Part shown: positions 1 through 10,143 of the stretch, piece by piece | How the letters are laid out: each line of letters opens with the position of its first letter | How positions within the stretch are numbered: position 1 is the first letter of the stretch | DNA from: Flavobacteriales bacterium | Lineage (GTDB): Bacteria > Bacteroidota > Bacteroidia > Flavobacteriales > Flavobacteriaceae | Assembly: GCA_011525065.1 (NCBI GenBank) | Contig: WTIY01000260.1 | Location: 1 to 24,594 of the forward strand | Length of the DNA: 24,594 bases | Direction of reading: 5' to 3' | Translations under genes and position numbers: made by a program | The notes under the pieces: model-generated | Databases searched by the model: none | Told to the model about the DNA's origin: nothing | What the model saw: the letters and a program-made list of their open reading frames with translations, nothing else

Positions 1-1
1 T

Positions 2-886
2 CTGATCGCCAAAATTCACGAACACGACAACACCAACATTTACAAACAGTTCAAGGATTTAGAGGGTGAAATTTACACCGCTGAAGTACACCATATTCGG
101 CATCGGGCTGTAATCTTGTTGGATGATGAAGGACATGAAATTATTTTGCCAAAAGACAAGCAAATCCCGTCGGATTTCTTCCGTAAAGGGGATAATGTGC
201 GCGGCATCATCGAGAGTGTGGAACTCAAAGGGAACAAGCCGGCCATTATTATGTCTCGTGCGAATCCTTTGTTCCTTGAAAAATTATTTGAACAAGAAAT
301 CCCAGAGGTTTTTGACGGTTTGATTACCGTGAAAAAAGTGGTGCGTATTCCAGGAGAAAAAGCCAAAGTAGCGGTGGATTCTTATGACGATCGTATTGAC
401 CCAGTAGGGGCCTGTGTGGGAATGAAGGGGTCCCGTATTCACGGTATTGTTCGTGAATTGGGTAATGAGAACATCGATGTCATCAATTTTACCAACAATA
501 CCAATTTATTCATTACTCGTGCGCTGAGTCCTGCCAAAGTGACCTCATTGACCATTGACGATGAATTGAAGCGCGTTGAGGTTATTCTTAAGCCTGAAGA
601 AGTTTCAAAGGCGATTGGACGTGGTGGACACAACATAAGACTTGCCGGACAACTCACGGGTTATGAAATTGATGTATTGCGCGAGGGGGCTGAGGAAGAC
701 GTTGAGCTGACTGAGTTCTCCGATGAAATCGAAACATGGATCATCAACGAGTTTAAGAAAATCGGTTTAGATACCGCAAAAAGCGTCTTAGAAAAAGACT
801 TGTCATTTTTAGTAAACAGTACCGATTTAGAAGAGGAAACCATCATCGAGGTGGTCAATATATTGAAGGAAGAATTTGAAGAGTAG
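2..886 (+). CDS. nusA: Transcription termination/antitermination factor NusA (5'-truncated by the window edge)
   Basis: Frame 2 is open from position 2 (LIAKIHEHDNTNIYKQF...), so the ORF-track start at 116 is not the true start. Shows the S1 region, KH motifs (RIDPVGACVGMKGSRI, KAIGRGGHNIRLA) and an acidic C-terminal domain; lies directly upstream of infB. Confidence 0.97.
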   Translation: MIAKIHEHDNTNIYKQFKDLEGEIYTAEVHHIRHRAVILLDDEGHEIILPKDKQIPSDFFRKGDNVRGIIESVELKGNKPAIIMSRANPLFLEKLFEQEIPEVFDGLITVKKVVRIPGEKAKVAVDSYDDRIDPVGACVGMKGSRIHGIVRELGNENIDVINFTNNTNLFITRALSPAKVTSLTIDDELKRVEVILKPEEVSKAIGRGGHNIRLAGQLTGYEIDVLREGAEEDVELTEFSDEIETWIINEFKKIGLDTAKSVLEKDLSFLVNSTDLEEETIIEVVNILKEEFEE

Positions 887-944
887 GCTAAAGATTGACT
901 ACTTTTACACGAGAAATCGAGAAAAATAAACAGGAAAAGCATTT

Positions 945-3554
945 ATGGCTGAAGGAAAAACGATTCGAATCAATAAAGTTTTAAGGGAATTCAACATTTC
1001 ACTGGACCGTGCTGTGGAATTTTTGGGCGCCAAGGGCTATGTCGTTGAGGCACGTCCTACGACCAAAATTTCAGACGAGGAATATCAGATTTTGTTGGCT
1101 GAATTTCAGACCGATAAATCCAAAAAAGTCGAGGCCAAAGAGGTCGGTGAAGAAAAGCGCAAGGAAAAAGAGGAATTGCGTCAAGAGTTTGAAAAAGAAC
1201 ATGAAGAGAAAGACGTAGCTCATTCCGAGATTGTAAAAGCTGAGTCCAAACTCAGCGGACCTAAAATGCTTGGAAAAATTGATCTCGAACCAAAAAAGAA
1301 GTCCGAGCCTGAGCCTTCATTTGAAGAAGTTTCCACTGTTTTAGGTGACGAAGTAAAACCTGAGACAACAAACCAACAAGTAGAGTCTTCCGAGGCCCCT
1401 GCTGCTGAGACAGAAACCTCACAGTCGGAAACTCCGGTAAAGACAGAATATAAGAAGCTTGATGGCCCCAATTTCACTGGCCAGAAAATTGATTTAACCC
1501 AGTTTAAAAAGTCCGAACGCAAGTCGGAGGACGCTAAAAAAGAAACTCGTGAAAAACGAGGAAAACGCCGTCGAATCAGCAAGGAGGCCCCCGGAGCCAA
1601 AGGAGGTCAAAAAAGTCGTGGTCGCGCTCAGATTACGAGAGAAGAGCCAAGCGAAGAAGAAGTGCAAAGACAGGTTCGCGAGACTCTTGAAAAACTTCAA
1701 GGTAAATCTTCAAAAGGTAAAGGGGCTAAATATCGAAGGGAAAAGCGCGATAGCCACCGTCAGAAAACCGAAGAAGAAATGGCGCAGCTGGAGGCCGAAA
1801 GTAAACTGCTCAAGGTCACCGAATTTGTTACGGTGAGTGAGTTGGCTACCATGATGAACATCCAAGTGACCCAGATCATCTCGGCCTGTATGTCCTTAGG
1901 AATGATGGTGACCATGAATCAGCGATTAGACGCTGAAACCCTTACTATTGTGGCCGAAGAATTCGGTTTTGAGGTTGAATTTGTCACCGCAGATATCGAG
2001 GAAGCCATACAAGAGGAGACCGATGCACCCGAAGATTTAAAAGATCGCGCACCGATTGTTACGGTGATGGGGCACGTGGATCACGGGAAAACGTCTTTGC
2101 TGGATTACATTCGAGAGGAAAATGTCATTGCTGGTGAATCCGGAGGAATTACCCAGCATATTGGCGCCTATGGTGTGACCTTGCCTGAGGGTCAAAAAAT
2201 AACTTTTCTCGACACCCCTGGTCATGAGGCCTTTACAGCGATGCGTGCTCGTGGTGCTCAAGTCACCGATTTGGTTATTATTGTGATTGCTGCCGATGAC
2301 GACATTATGCCGCAGACAAAAGAAGCCATTTCGCACGCTCAAGCAGCCGGAGTGCCCATTGTTTTTGCCATAAATAAAATTGACCGTCCAAACGCCAACC
2401 CAGACAAGATTAAAGAGGGCCTTGCCAACATGAATTTACTGGTCGAAGATTGGGGAGGTAAAGTTCAATCACAAGACATCTCAGCCAAAACTGGGGAGGG
2501 CGTTACCGAACTCTTAGAAAAAGTATTGCTCGAAGCCGAGTTGCTCGAGCTAAAAGCCAATCCTACCCGAATGGCCAACGGAACTGTCGTTGAGGCCTTT
2601 TTGGATAAGGGTCGTGGTTATGTATCGACTATTCTGGTCCAGGGCGGGACACTCAAAGTGGGTGATTTTGTTTTGGCGGGACAGCACAGCGGTAAAGTCA
2701 AAGCCATGCACGATGAGCGTGGGCAAGTCATTAAGGAAGCAGGACCAGCAACACCGGTTTCTGTTTTGGGACTGGATGGAGCGCCACAAGCAGGGGACAA
2801 ATTCAATGTTTTTGAAGACGAGCGAGAGGCCAAAGCCATTGCGACAAAAAGAACCCAATTGCAGCGCGAACAATCGGTCCGGACCCAGCGTCACATCACT
2901 TTGGACGAAATTGGACGCCGTATCGCCTTAGGAGACTTCAAAGAACTCAACATTATTCTAAAAGGTGATGTTGACGGTTCGGTCGAGGCCCTAACCGATT
3001 CATTCTTGAAACTGTCCACTGAAGAAATTCAAGTCAACATCATCCATAAAGGAGTGGGAGCCATTACTGAGAGCGATGTACTCTTGGCTTCGGCTTCAGA
3101 TGCCATCATAATTGGCTTTAACGTGCGACCTATGGGCAACGCCAGACAACTGGCCGACAAAGAAGAAATCGATATCCGCAGTTATTCCATTATTTATGAC
3201 GCCATCAATGACTTGAAGGATGCCATGGAGGGCATGTTGTCGCCTGAACTTCGTGAGGAGGTAACGGGAACTGCTGAAATCCGCGAGACCTTCAAAATAT
3301 CCAAGGTGGGTACTGTGGCCGGATGTATGGTAATCAATGGTAAAATTTTCCGCAATTCGGGCGTGCGACTTATCAGAGAGGGTGTCGTGGTTTACACTGG
3401 CGTGCTGGATTCCTTAAAACGATTTAAGGACGACGTCAAGGAAGTGTCTAAAGGTTATGACTGTGGAATGCAAATCAAAAACTACAACGACATCAACATC
3501 GGTGATGTGATTGAGGCCTTCCAGGAGGTTGAGGTCAAAAAGAAACTCAAATAA
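945..3554 (+). CDS. infB: Translation initiation factor IF-2
   Basis: 869 aa. G-domain motifs [13 protein letters not shown] and NKID, IF2_N region ([14 protein letters not shown]) and C-terminal GFNVRP; nusA-infB gene order. Confidence 0.99.
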   Translation: MAEGKTIRINKVLREFNISLDRAVEFLGAKGYVVEARPTTKISDEEYQILLAEFQTDKSKKVEAKEVGEEKRKEKEELRQEFEKEHEEKDVAHSEIVKAESKLSGPKMLGKIDLEPKKKSEPEPSFEEVSTVLGDEVKPETTNQQVESSEAPAAETETSQSETPVKTEYKKLDGPNFTGQKIDLTQFKKSERKSEDAKKETREKRGKRRRISKEAPGAKGGQKSRGRAQITREEPSEEEVQRQVRETLEKLQGKSSKGKGAKYRREKRDSHRQKTEEEMAQLEAESKLLKVTEFVTVSELATMMNIQVTQIISACMSLGMMVTMNQRLDAETLTIVAEEFGFEVEFVTADIEEAIQEETDAPEDLKDRAPIVTVMGHVDHGKTSLLDYIREENVIAGESGGITQHIGAYGVTLPEGQKITFLDTPGHEAFTAMRARGAQVTDLVIIVIAADDDIMPQTKEAISHAQAAGVPIVFAINKIDRPNANPDKIKEGLANMNLLVEDWGGKVQSQDISAKTGEGVTELLEKVLLEAELLELKANPTRMANGTVVEAFLDKGRGYVSTILVQGGTLKVGDFVLAGQHSGKVKAMHDERGQVIKEAGPATPVSVLGLDGAPQAGDKFNVFEDEREAKAIATKRTQLQREQSVRTQRHITLDEIGRRIALGDFKELNIILKGDVDGSVEALTDSFLKLSTEEIQVNIIHKGVGAITESDVLLASASDAIIIGFNVRPMGNARQLADKEEIDIRSYSIIYDAINDLKDAMEGMLSPELREEVTGTAEIRETFKISKVGTVAGCMVINGKIFRNSGVRLIREGVVVYTGVLDSLKRFKDDVKEVSKGYDCGMQIKNYNDINIGDVIEAFQEVEVKKKLK

Positions 3555-3594
3555 ATTTAGGGTTTATCGGTAATCGCCGCGGTTCTGCCAGTCT

Positions 3595-4062
3595 TTAGCC
3601 ATTTTTGTTTACGGATTCGGCCGGCTGTTCTGCATCAGATTCTTCTTCCTCTGTAGCCGTGCTCCGCTCTTTTCGAATCAACGAAGGCTTGAATAGAAAT
3701 GCTGTCGGAAATTTCCGTTGAATGTCCTTTAAAGCGCGATCTGCGCTGAGTCGGGCGCTAAAATTACCCACCCAAACTTTATAGTTTGGGGTTTCGTAAT
3801 GCACGATAACTGGCCATTGAGGAAAAAGTCCTTTAAATTGACTTACTAGCGCGCGGGCCTCTGTCAAGCTCCCTGAATAGATTTGGGCGGTGTAATTGTC
3901 TCCAAGCAAAAGATTTTTTTGCATGTGGACTTTGAGATTTAGCAGAGAATCAACGCGTGGATCACGCTGGATATTTTGGTCTTGTGCCTGACTGAAAAAT
4001 GACCCAAAAAGACAAAATATCACTGGGGTGATTAGGGGGAAATTTTTAAGTGAAATTTGCAT
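3595..4062 (-). CDS. SPOR-domain (peptidoglycan-binding) exported protein
   Basis: 155 aa. Signal peptide ending ...FFSQA|QD, SPOR-like core (YTAQIYSG...YETPNYKVWVGNF...ADRALKDIQRKFPTAF) and its own -7 promoter box 20 nt upstream. Confidence 0.85.
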   Translation of the reverse strand: MQISLKNFPLITPVIFCLFGSFFSQAQDQNIQRDPRVDSLLNLKVHMQKNLLLGDNYTAQIYSGSLTEARALVSQFKGLFPQWPVIVHYETPNYKVWVGNFSARLSADRALKDIQRKFPTAFLFKPSLIRKERSTATEEEESDAEQPAESVNKNG

Positions 4063-4081
4063 AATTCTTCCGCTTCAAGGA

Positions 4082-4089
4082 CAAAGGTA
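4082..4089 (-). promoter_or_regulatory. Bacteroidota sigma-A -7 promoter box (TACCTTTG) for the SPOR gene
   Basis: Plus-strand CAAAGGTA reads TACCTTTG on the minus strand, an exact TAnnTTTG match. TTA (near TTG) lies 19 nt further upstream. Confidence 0.75.
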
Positions 4090-4186
4090 AAATTAATATT
4101 CGGGGGGTTAATATTTTCTTTATTTAGAATTATTATAAATTACTTTTTAGCCCCTTTCCAGAATTTTCAAAATCGACTTTATAACG

Positions 4187-4194
4187 TACTTTTG
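4187..4194 (+). promoter_or_regulatory. Bacteroidota -7 promoter box (TACTTTTG) for the act-cox operon
   Basis: Exact TAnnTTTG followed by CA, in the AT-rich divergent intergenic region. No exact TTTG -33 element (TTTC at 4165-4168). Confidence 0.75.
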
Positions 4195-4289
4195 CACAGT
4201 TATTTTTAGGTGTCAATTCGTGTGATTTTTACACAAATTTTCACAACGTGTTGCGCCTCAATTATATGGACCATAATTTAACCAATTCT

Positions 4290-5594
4290 ATGGAACAGGT
4301 AGCTTACCGAAATGTAACGCTGAAGTCGTTGACCCTATTGTTCTTCGCAGTTCTGGCCTTCTCTTTCAGCCCAAAAGCAAATGCATCGATTGATTTTCCA
4401 GCGGCTCAGACCATTGATACGGTTGCTGGTGAGACATTGTTCAACGCGAACTGTGCGGCGTGTCACAAATTGTACAAAAAAGCCACGGGCCCTGCATTGT
4501 TTCAAGTCGGAGATAAGTACGATCGCGATTGGTTGTACGCTTGGATCAAAAACAGCCAGGATATGGTTAAGTCTGGAGACGCCAAAGCCAATGCCATTTA
4601 CAACGAGTACAACGGTGCAGTCATGACCTCTTTTCCGCAATTGAGTAATGCGGACATTGACAACATCATCGCTTACACCTACACCCCGAAAAAAGCACCT
4701 GCAGTTGCGGCCATTACCACTGCAACAACTCAAGCCAATTCTGGGGGCATATCAAACGACATAATTCTGGCCGTTTTGGCGTTAGTGTTCATGTTGCTGG
4801 TGATCATGTTGTTTTTGGTCAACAAAACCTTGCGTCGCATTGCCGAGGCTAACGGCGTTGTGTACGAAGAAAAACCCGAACGCACCCCGGTTTGGAAATT
4901 GTTCATCGAAAATCAATTTTTGGTTTTGGTTACGGCCATATTTTTCTTGTTGGCCTCAGGATATTTCGCCTATGGTTACTTAATGCAAGTAGGCATTGAT
5001 CAAGGTTATGAGCCAGTTCAGCCAATCCACTACTCTCACCGCATCCACGCAGGAGACAACCAAATAGACTGTAATTATTGTCACAGTTCAGCGCGTAAAA
5101 GTGCTCATTCTGGCATCCCTTCTCTCAACGTCTGTATGAATTGCCACAAAAATATTGGTGAAGTGGCCGAGGAGACCTTGGCCGAAGGAAAAAACGAGTA
5201 CGGTGTGGATTACAATGCTGAAATCCAAAAATTATACGCTGCAGTGGGCTGGGATGAAGATTCACAGGCTTACACTGGAAAAACACAACCGGTTCAGTGG
5301 ATTAGAATTCACAACCTACCGGATTTTGCTTATTTCAATCACTCGCAACACGTAACGGTTGCAGGGGTAGAGTGTCAAACCTGTCACGGTCCTGTAGAGG
5401 AAATGGAAATTATGTATCAATACGCTCCTTTGACCATGGGATGGTGTATTAATTGTCACCGAGAGACGAACATTCAGGTCAAGGATAATGCTTACTACGA
5501 GCACATTCATGAAGAATTATCCAAGAAGTATGGTGTGGATAAATTGACGGCAGCTCAAATGGGCGGCTTAGAATGTGGTAAGTGTCACTATTAA
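4290..5594 (+). CDS. actA: Alternative complex III multiheme cytochrome c subunit ActA (monoheme + pentaheme domains)
   Basis: Six CxxCH motifs: CAACH, then CNYCH, CMNCH, CQTCH, CINCH and CGKCH, with two TM helices between the domains. Start at ATG 4290 (MEQVAYRN..., signal-peptide-like) is preferred; ATG 4266 and GTG 4248 are in-frame alternatives. Confidence 0.95.
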   Translation: MEQVAYRNVTLKSLTLLFFAVLAFSFSPKANASIDFPAAQTIDTVAGETLFNANCAACHKLYKKATGPALFQVGDKYDRDWLYAWIKNSQDMVKSGDAKANAIYNEYNGAVMTSFPQLSNADIDNIIAYTYTPKKAPAVAAITTATTQANSGGISNDIILAVLALVFMLLVIMLFLVNKTLRRIAEANGVVYEEKPERTPVWKLFIENQFLVLVTAIFFLLASGYFAYGYLMQVGIDQGYEPVQPIHYSHRIHAGDNQIDCNYCHSSARKSAHSGIPSLNVCMNCHKNIGEVAEETLAEGKNEYGVDYNAEIQKLYAAVGWDEDSQAYTGKTQPVQWIRIHNLPDFAYFNHSQHVTVAGVECQTCHGPVEEMEIMYQYAPLTMGWCINCHRETNIQVKDNAYYEHIHEELSKKYGVDKLTAAQMGGLECGKCHY

Positions 5595-5621
5595 TTTTAG
5601 ACAAGAATCAGAGCGCATATT

Positions 5622-8600
5622 ATGGCATCAAATAAGAAATATTGGAAAAGTATCGAGGAGCTCAACCCGGCAAGTTCAGTGGTTGAAGGACTCAAGCAAA
5701 ATGAATTTGCAGAACCGATTCCAACCGATCAGTTCCTAGGAGACAAAGAGACCCTTGAGCGTTCTTCGACAACCCGTCGAGATTTTCTCAAGTATGTTGG
5801 ATTCTCTACGGCAGCGGCCTCCTTAGCCGCGTGCGAGGGTCCGGTCATCAAGTCCATTCCCTACGTTGTGGCCCCTGACGAAATCGTTCCAGGAGTATCC
5901 AATTACTACGCTACGACCATTTCTGATGGGTTTGATTTTGCCTCCGTGCTGGTAAAAACCCGAGAAGGTCGTCCGATTAAAATCGAGCGCAATGATTTGG
6001 GCAGTGATTTGGGTGGGGTAAACGCCCGTGTCCACGCCTCTGTGTTGTCCATGTATGACAAAAATCGCCTTATGGGCCCCATGATCGATGGACAAGCTAC
6101 GAGCTGGCTGGATTTAGGCAGCGCAGTAGATGCCGGTCTTTCTGCTTTGGCTGGTCAAGAGGTGATCCTGTTGACACAGAGTTTTGCCAGTCCGAGTACG
6201 GCTGCACTGATTCAATCATTCACAAAAAAATATCCAAACGTCAAGCACGTGACCTACGACATGATCTCTTCAAGTGAAGCGCTCGATGCGTTTCAAGAGA
6301 CTTACGGTGTTCGTGCTTTGGCCGATTACGATTTTAGTCAAGCGAGAACCATCGTTTCTATTGGGGCAGACTTCCTTGGCGATTGGCAAGGAGGAGGTTT
6401 TGAAGGTGGTTACGCCCAGAGCCGTGTCCCGAAAGATGGACGCATGTCGCGACACATTCAATTTGAGGCCAACATGAGTTTGACAGGGGCCAACGCCGAT
6501 AAGCGCGTGCCTGCCTCTCCAGCCCAACAGGCCGCCGCCTTAGCTTACATCACAGGAGCAAAGGCCCTGGCCGATGTGCCTGAGACAGTGCGCACAGCGG
6601 CTGAGCAAGCTAAAAAGCAACTCGAGAAAGCGGGAGATCGCGGTGTTCTGGTTTGCGGCTTGCCATGCCCGAAAGCACAGAAAAAAGTATTGGATTACAA
6701 CACATCTATCGGATCGGTAGTGATGGACGTGACCCGTCCAATCATGAAGTTTTCAGGGTCCAGTACACAAGTGCAAAAGGTCATTGATGGCGTGAAAAAC
6801 GGTAGCATTAAGGGATTGATTACCGCTGGAGTCAATCCACTTTACGCTTTCCCTGACGCTGATTTTGCTGCGGCTTATCAAGGGCTCGACTTCACTTTGG
6901 CCTTTGCCATGCGCGCTGATGAGACTGCTTCCAAAGCGAGGTTTGTGGCGGCAACACCGCATTATCTTGAATCGTGGGGCGATGCCGAGTTGAAAAAGGG
7001 TCATTTCTCTTTAATACAACCGACGATTCGTCCACTTTTTGACACCCGTCAATTCCAAGATTGTTTATTGGCTTGGACAGGGAGTTCAGCGTCCAGTTAT
7101 CACGATTACATTAAGGGATATTGGCAGAGCAATGTGCTCGGTGGTGCTTCGTGGAGTAAAGCCTTACACGACGGGGTGTTTGCCAGTGATTTCAGCGCAG
7201 ACTACGGGTCACTTCCAGAGACAGGGACCCCTGCAAGACATTTTGATACGGGTGATGCTATGGCCCTATGTTTGTATACCAAAACTGGATTAGGGGATGG
7301 CCGTCAAGCCAACAATCCATGGCTACAAGAGCTTCCCGATCCGATTTCAAGAGCGACCTGGGACAACTACCTAACCGTTTCTGCAGCTGACGCAGCGGGC
7401 TTAGGATTGACCAATACCCATGTGGCGAATGGCGCATTAAATGGAGACTATGTTCGCGTAAGTGTTGGCGACACAGTTTTGGAGAAGGTGCCTGTCTTGA
7501 TTCAACCTGGTCAAGCCGCGGGTACCGTAGGTTTGGCTTTGGGTTATGGTCAAAAGGCCTCGATTCAATCTGAAATGCAGACAGGGGTTAATGCTTATGC
7601 GCTTTATGATGAGTTCAGCAGCGTTCAGCCGGTTCGCATAGAAAAAATGGATGGCACTCATGAATTCGCGTGCATTCAGTTACACAATACCATGATGGGT
7701 CGCGACATTATTCGTGAGACCACTCTAGAAATATTTAACACTAAGGACAAAGACAGCTGGAATGCGGTACCGACTGTATCTAAAGATCACAAGGAAATTC
7801 CAGTGACCTCGCCTGAGGCCGATTTATGGGATTCTTTTGACCGTTCAATCGGGCATCATTTCAACTTGTCCATTGACCTCAATGCGTGTACAGGATGTGG
7901 AGCTTGTGTGATTGCTTGTCATGCAGAAAACAATGTTCCAGTAGTGGGCAAAAGCGAAATGCGTCGCAGTCGTGACATGCACTGGTTGCGCATCGATCGC
8001 TATTATTCAAGTGAAGAAAGCTTTGCTGCAGATGCTGATAAAAAAGACAACATCTCTGGGCTGGGCAGTTCACTGTCAGAATTTGCCGAAATGGAGCAAG
8101 CAGCAGATAATCCGCAAGTAGCCTTTCAGCCGGTTATGTGCCAGCACTGTAACCACGCGCCTTGTGAGACTGTATGTCCAGTGGCCGCGACCTCACACGG
8201 GCGTCAAGGTCAAAACCACATGGCGTATAACCGATGTGTAGGTACGCGTTATTGTGCCAACAACTGTCCTTATAAAGTACGTCGTTTTAACTGGTTCTTG
8301 TATGCGGAAAACGAGGAGTTCGATTACCACATGAACAATGATTTGGGTCGTATGGTATTGAATCCAGACGTTGTGGTTCGCTCTCGCGGGGTGATGGAGA
8401 AATGCTCTATGTGTATCCAAATGACTCAAAAAACCATTTTGGATGCCAAGCGCGATGGACGCCCCATTAAGGACGGGGAATTTAAAACTGCCTGTTCAGC
8501 GGCTTGTGAGACTGGCGCCATTCAGTTTGGTGACATTAACGACCAAGACAGCTTAGTGGCAGAACTTAAAGAAGACGATAGAATGTATCACTTACTGGAG

Positions 8601-8663
8601 GCCGTGGGCACAAAACCAAATGTGTTTTATCAGACCAAGGTGAGAAATACAAACGAAGCATAA
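5622..8663 (+). CDS. actB: Alternative complex III subunit ActB (Tat-exported molybdopterin-oxidoreductase-like domain fused to an Fe-S domain)
   Basis: 1013 aa. Tat motif TRRDFLK followed by lipobox-like LAA|C. Fe-S motifs CTGCGACVIAC, CQHCNHAPCETVCP, CVGTRYCANNCP and CSMC...CSAAC. Confidence 0.96.
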   Translation: MASNKKYWKSIEELNPASSVVEGLKQNEFAEPIPTDQFLGDKETLERSSTTRRDFLKYVGFSTAAASLAACEGPVIKSIPYVVAPDEIVPGVSNYYATTISDGFDFASVLVKTREGRPIKIERNDLGSDLGGVNARVHASVLSMYDKNRLMGPMIDGQATSWLDLGSAVDAGLSALAGQEVILLTQSFASPSTAALIQSFTKKYPNVKHVTYDMISSSEALDAFQETYGVRALADYDFSQARTIVSIGADFLGDWQGGGFEGGYAQSRVPKDGRMSRHIQFEANMSLTGANADKRVPASPAQQAAALAYITGAKALADVPETVRTAAEQAKKQLEKAGDRGVLVCGLPCPKAQKKVLDYNTSIGSVVMDVTRPIMKFSGSSTQVQKVIDGVKNGSIKGLITAGVNPLYAFPDADFAAAYQGLDFTLAFAMRADETASKARFVAATPHYLESWGDAELKKGHFSLIQPTIRPLFDTRQFQDCLLAWTGSSASSYHDYIKGYWQSNVLGGASWSKALHDGVFASDFSADYGSLPETGTPARHFDTGDAMALCLYTKTGLGDGRQANNPWLQELPDPISRATWDNYLTVSAADAAGLGLTNTHVANGALNGDYVRVSVGDTVLEKVPVLIQPGQAAGTVGLALGYGQKASIQSEMQTGVNAYALYDEFSSVQPVRIEKMDGTHEFACIQLHNTMMGRDIIRETTLEIFNTKDKDSWNAVPTVSKDHKEIPVTSPEADLWDSFDRSIGHHFNLSIDLNACTGCGACVIACHAENNVPVVGKSEMRRSRDMHWLRIDRYYSSEESFAADADKKDNISGLGSSLSEFAEMEQAADNPQVAFQPVMCQHCNHAPCETVCPVAATSHGRQGQNHMAYNRCVGTRYCANNCPYKVRRFNWFLYAENEEFDYHMNNDLGRMVLNPDVVVRSRGVMEKCSMCIQMTQKTILDAKRDGRPIKDGEFKTACSAACETGAIQFGDINDQDSLVAELKEDDRMYHLLEAVGTKPNVFYQTKVRNTNEA

Positions 8664-8686
8664 ATTAAAGAAATTCAATTATAGAT

Positions 8687-10141
8687 ATGGCGTCGCATTA
8701 CGAAGCACCTATTAGAAGACCCCTAGTTACGGGAGACAAGACCTACCACGACGTGACTGTCGATGTAGCGGCTCCAGTAGAGGGCAAGGCCAATAAGTCT
8801 TGGTGGATAGTCTTTACCATCGCTCTTACCGCATTTTTATGGGGCCTAGGGTGTATCATTTACACCATTTCCACTGGAATTGGGGTATGGGGACTGAACA
8901 AGACGGTTAACTGGGCATGGGACATCACCAACTTCGTTTGGTGGGTCGGAATCGGTCACGCAGGAACGCTGATTTCAGCAGTTCTTCTTTTGTTCCGTCA
9001 AAAGTGGCGTATGGCCATCAACCGCTCGGCAGAGGCCATGACGATTTTCTCGGTAATTCAAGCAGGATTATTCCCAATCATCCACATGGGACGTCCTTGG
9101 TTGGCTTATTGGGTACTGCCCATTCCAAATCAATTTGGTTCGTTATGGGTGAACTTTAATTCACCACTGTTGTGGGACGTGTTTGCGATTTCGACCTATC
9201 TGTCGGTCTCACTGGTGTTCTGGTGGACGGGCTTGTTGCCTGATTTTGCCATGATTCGCGATCGTGCCATCACACCATTTACCAAAAGAGTGTACAGCAT
9301 TTTGTCTTTTGGATGGAGTGGACGCGCTAAGGATTGGCAGAGGTTTGAGGAAGTTTCTTTGGTTCTTGCTGGTTTAGCAACGCCTCTTGTTCTCTCGGTA
9401 CACACCATTGTATCTTTTGACTTTGCTACTTCGGTAATTCCCGGTTGGCACACCACGATTTTCCCACCCTACTTTGTGGCTGGTGCGATTTTCTCAGGGT
9501 TTGCTATGGTGAATACCCTACTCATTATAATGCGTAAAGTTTCCAATCTTGAAAACTACATTACCATACAGCACATTGAATTGATGAACATTGTGATCAT
9601 GATCACGGGTTCTATTGTTGGGGTTGCCTACATTACTGAGCTATTCATCGCCTGGTACTCTGGTGTTGAATACGAGCAATACGCGTTTTTGAATCGTGCC
9701 ACGGGTCCTTATTGGTGGGCCTATTGGTCGATGATGACCTGTAATGTTTTTTCACCTCAATTTATGTGGTTCAAAAAATTACGGACCAGCATCATGTTCT
9801 CCTTCTTCATTTCGATCGTGGTAAACATCGGTATGTGGTTTGAGCGATTTGTGATTATTGTGACCTCATTGCACCGTGATTACTTGACCTCATCTTGGAC
9901 CATGTTTTCACCCACATTTGTGGACATTGGCATTTTTATCGGAACCATTGGATTCTTCTTTGTACTGTTCTTGCTTTACTCAAGAACCTTCCCAGTGATT
10001 GCGCAGGCAGAGGTTAAATCAATTTTAAAGACTTCGGGAAGCACCTACAAGACGTTACGTCAAACCAAAGGAGACGACGCAAAACATTATGTGATGCCAA
10101 AGGCAAAAAAAGCTAAAGGCAAAAACTCTAAAAAAAGTTAA
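8687..10141 (+). CDS. actC: Alternative complex III quinol-binding membrane subunit ActC (NrfD/PsrC family)
   Basis: 484 aa, highly hydrophobic. Motifs WDITNFVWWVGIGHAGTLISA, IIHMGRPW, SPLLWDVFA and WFERFVI. Confidence 0.96.
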   Translation: MASHYEAPIRRPLVTGDKTYHDVTVDVAAPVEGKANKSWWIVFTIALTAFLWGLGCIIYTISTGIGVWGLNKTVNWAWDITNFVWWVGIGHAGTLISAVLLLFRQKWRMAINRSAEAMTIFSVIQAGLFPIIHMGRPWLAYWVLPIPNQFGSLWVNFNSPLLWDVFAISTYLSVSLVFWWTGLLPDFAMIRDRAITPFTKRVYSILSFGWSGRAKDWQRFEEVSLVLAGLATPLVLSVHTIVSFDFATSVIPGWHTTIFPPYFVAGAIFSGFAMVNTLLIIMRKVSNLENYITIQHIELMNIVIMITGSIVGVAYITELFIAWYSGVEYEQYAFLNRATGPYWWAYWSMMTCNVFSPQFMWFKKLRTSIMFSFFISIVVNIGMWFERFVIIVTSLHRDYLTSSWTMFSPTFVDIGIFIGTIGFFFVLFLLYSRTFPVIAQAEVKSILKTSGSTYKTLRQTKGDDAKHYVMPKAKKAKGKNSKKS

Positions 10142-10143
10142 TT

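Noticed and set aside
900-907. TACTTTTA between nusA and infB as an internal promoter
   Set aside because: It mismatches the strongly conserved final G of TAnnTTTG, and nusA-infB co-transcription explains the layout.
1248-1496. Internal repeat in the IF-2 N-terminal region ([13 protein letters not shown] at 1248-1286; [14 protein letters not shown] at 1455-1496)
   Set aside because: To my knowledge this is a usual feature of Bacteroidota IF-2 N-termini, and it is diverged at the DNA level.
3555-3594. Expected bidirectional terminator between convergent infB and the SPOR gene
   Set aside because: Only weak pairings (ATAAA/TTTAT, CCGCGG) are present, with no stable stem plus U tract.
4203-4216. 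FNR-like box near the act promoter
   Set aside because: Only the GTCAA half-site is present; the left half (TTTTT) does not match TTGAT/TTGAC.
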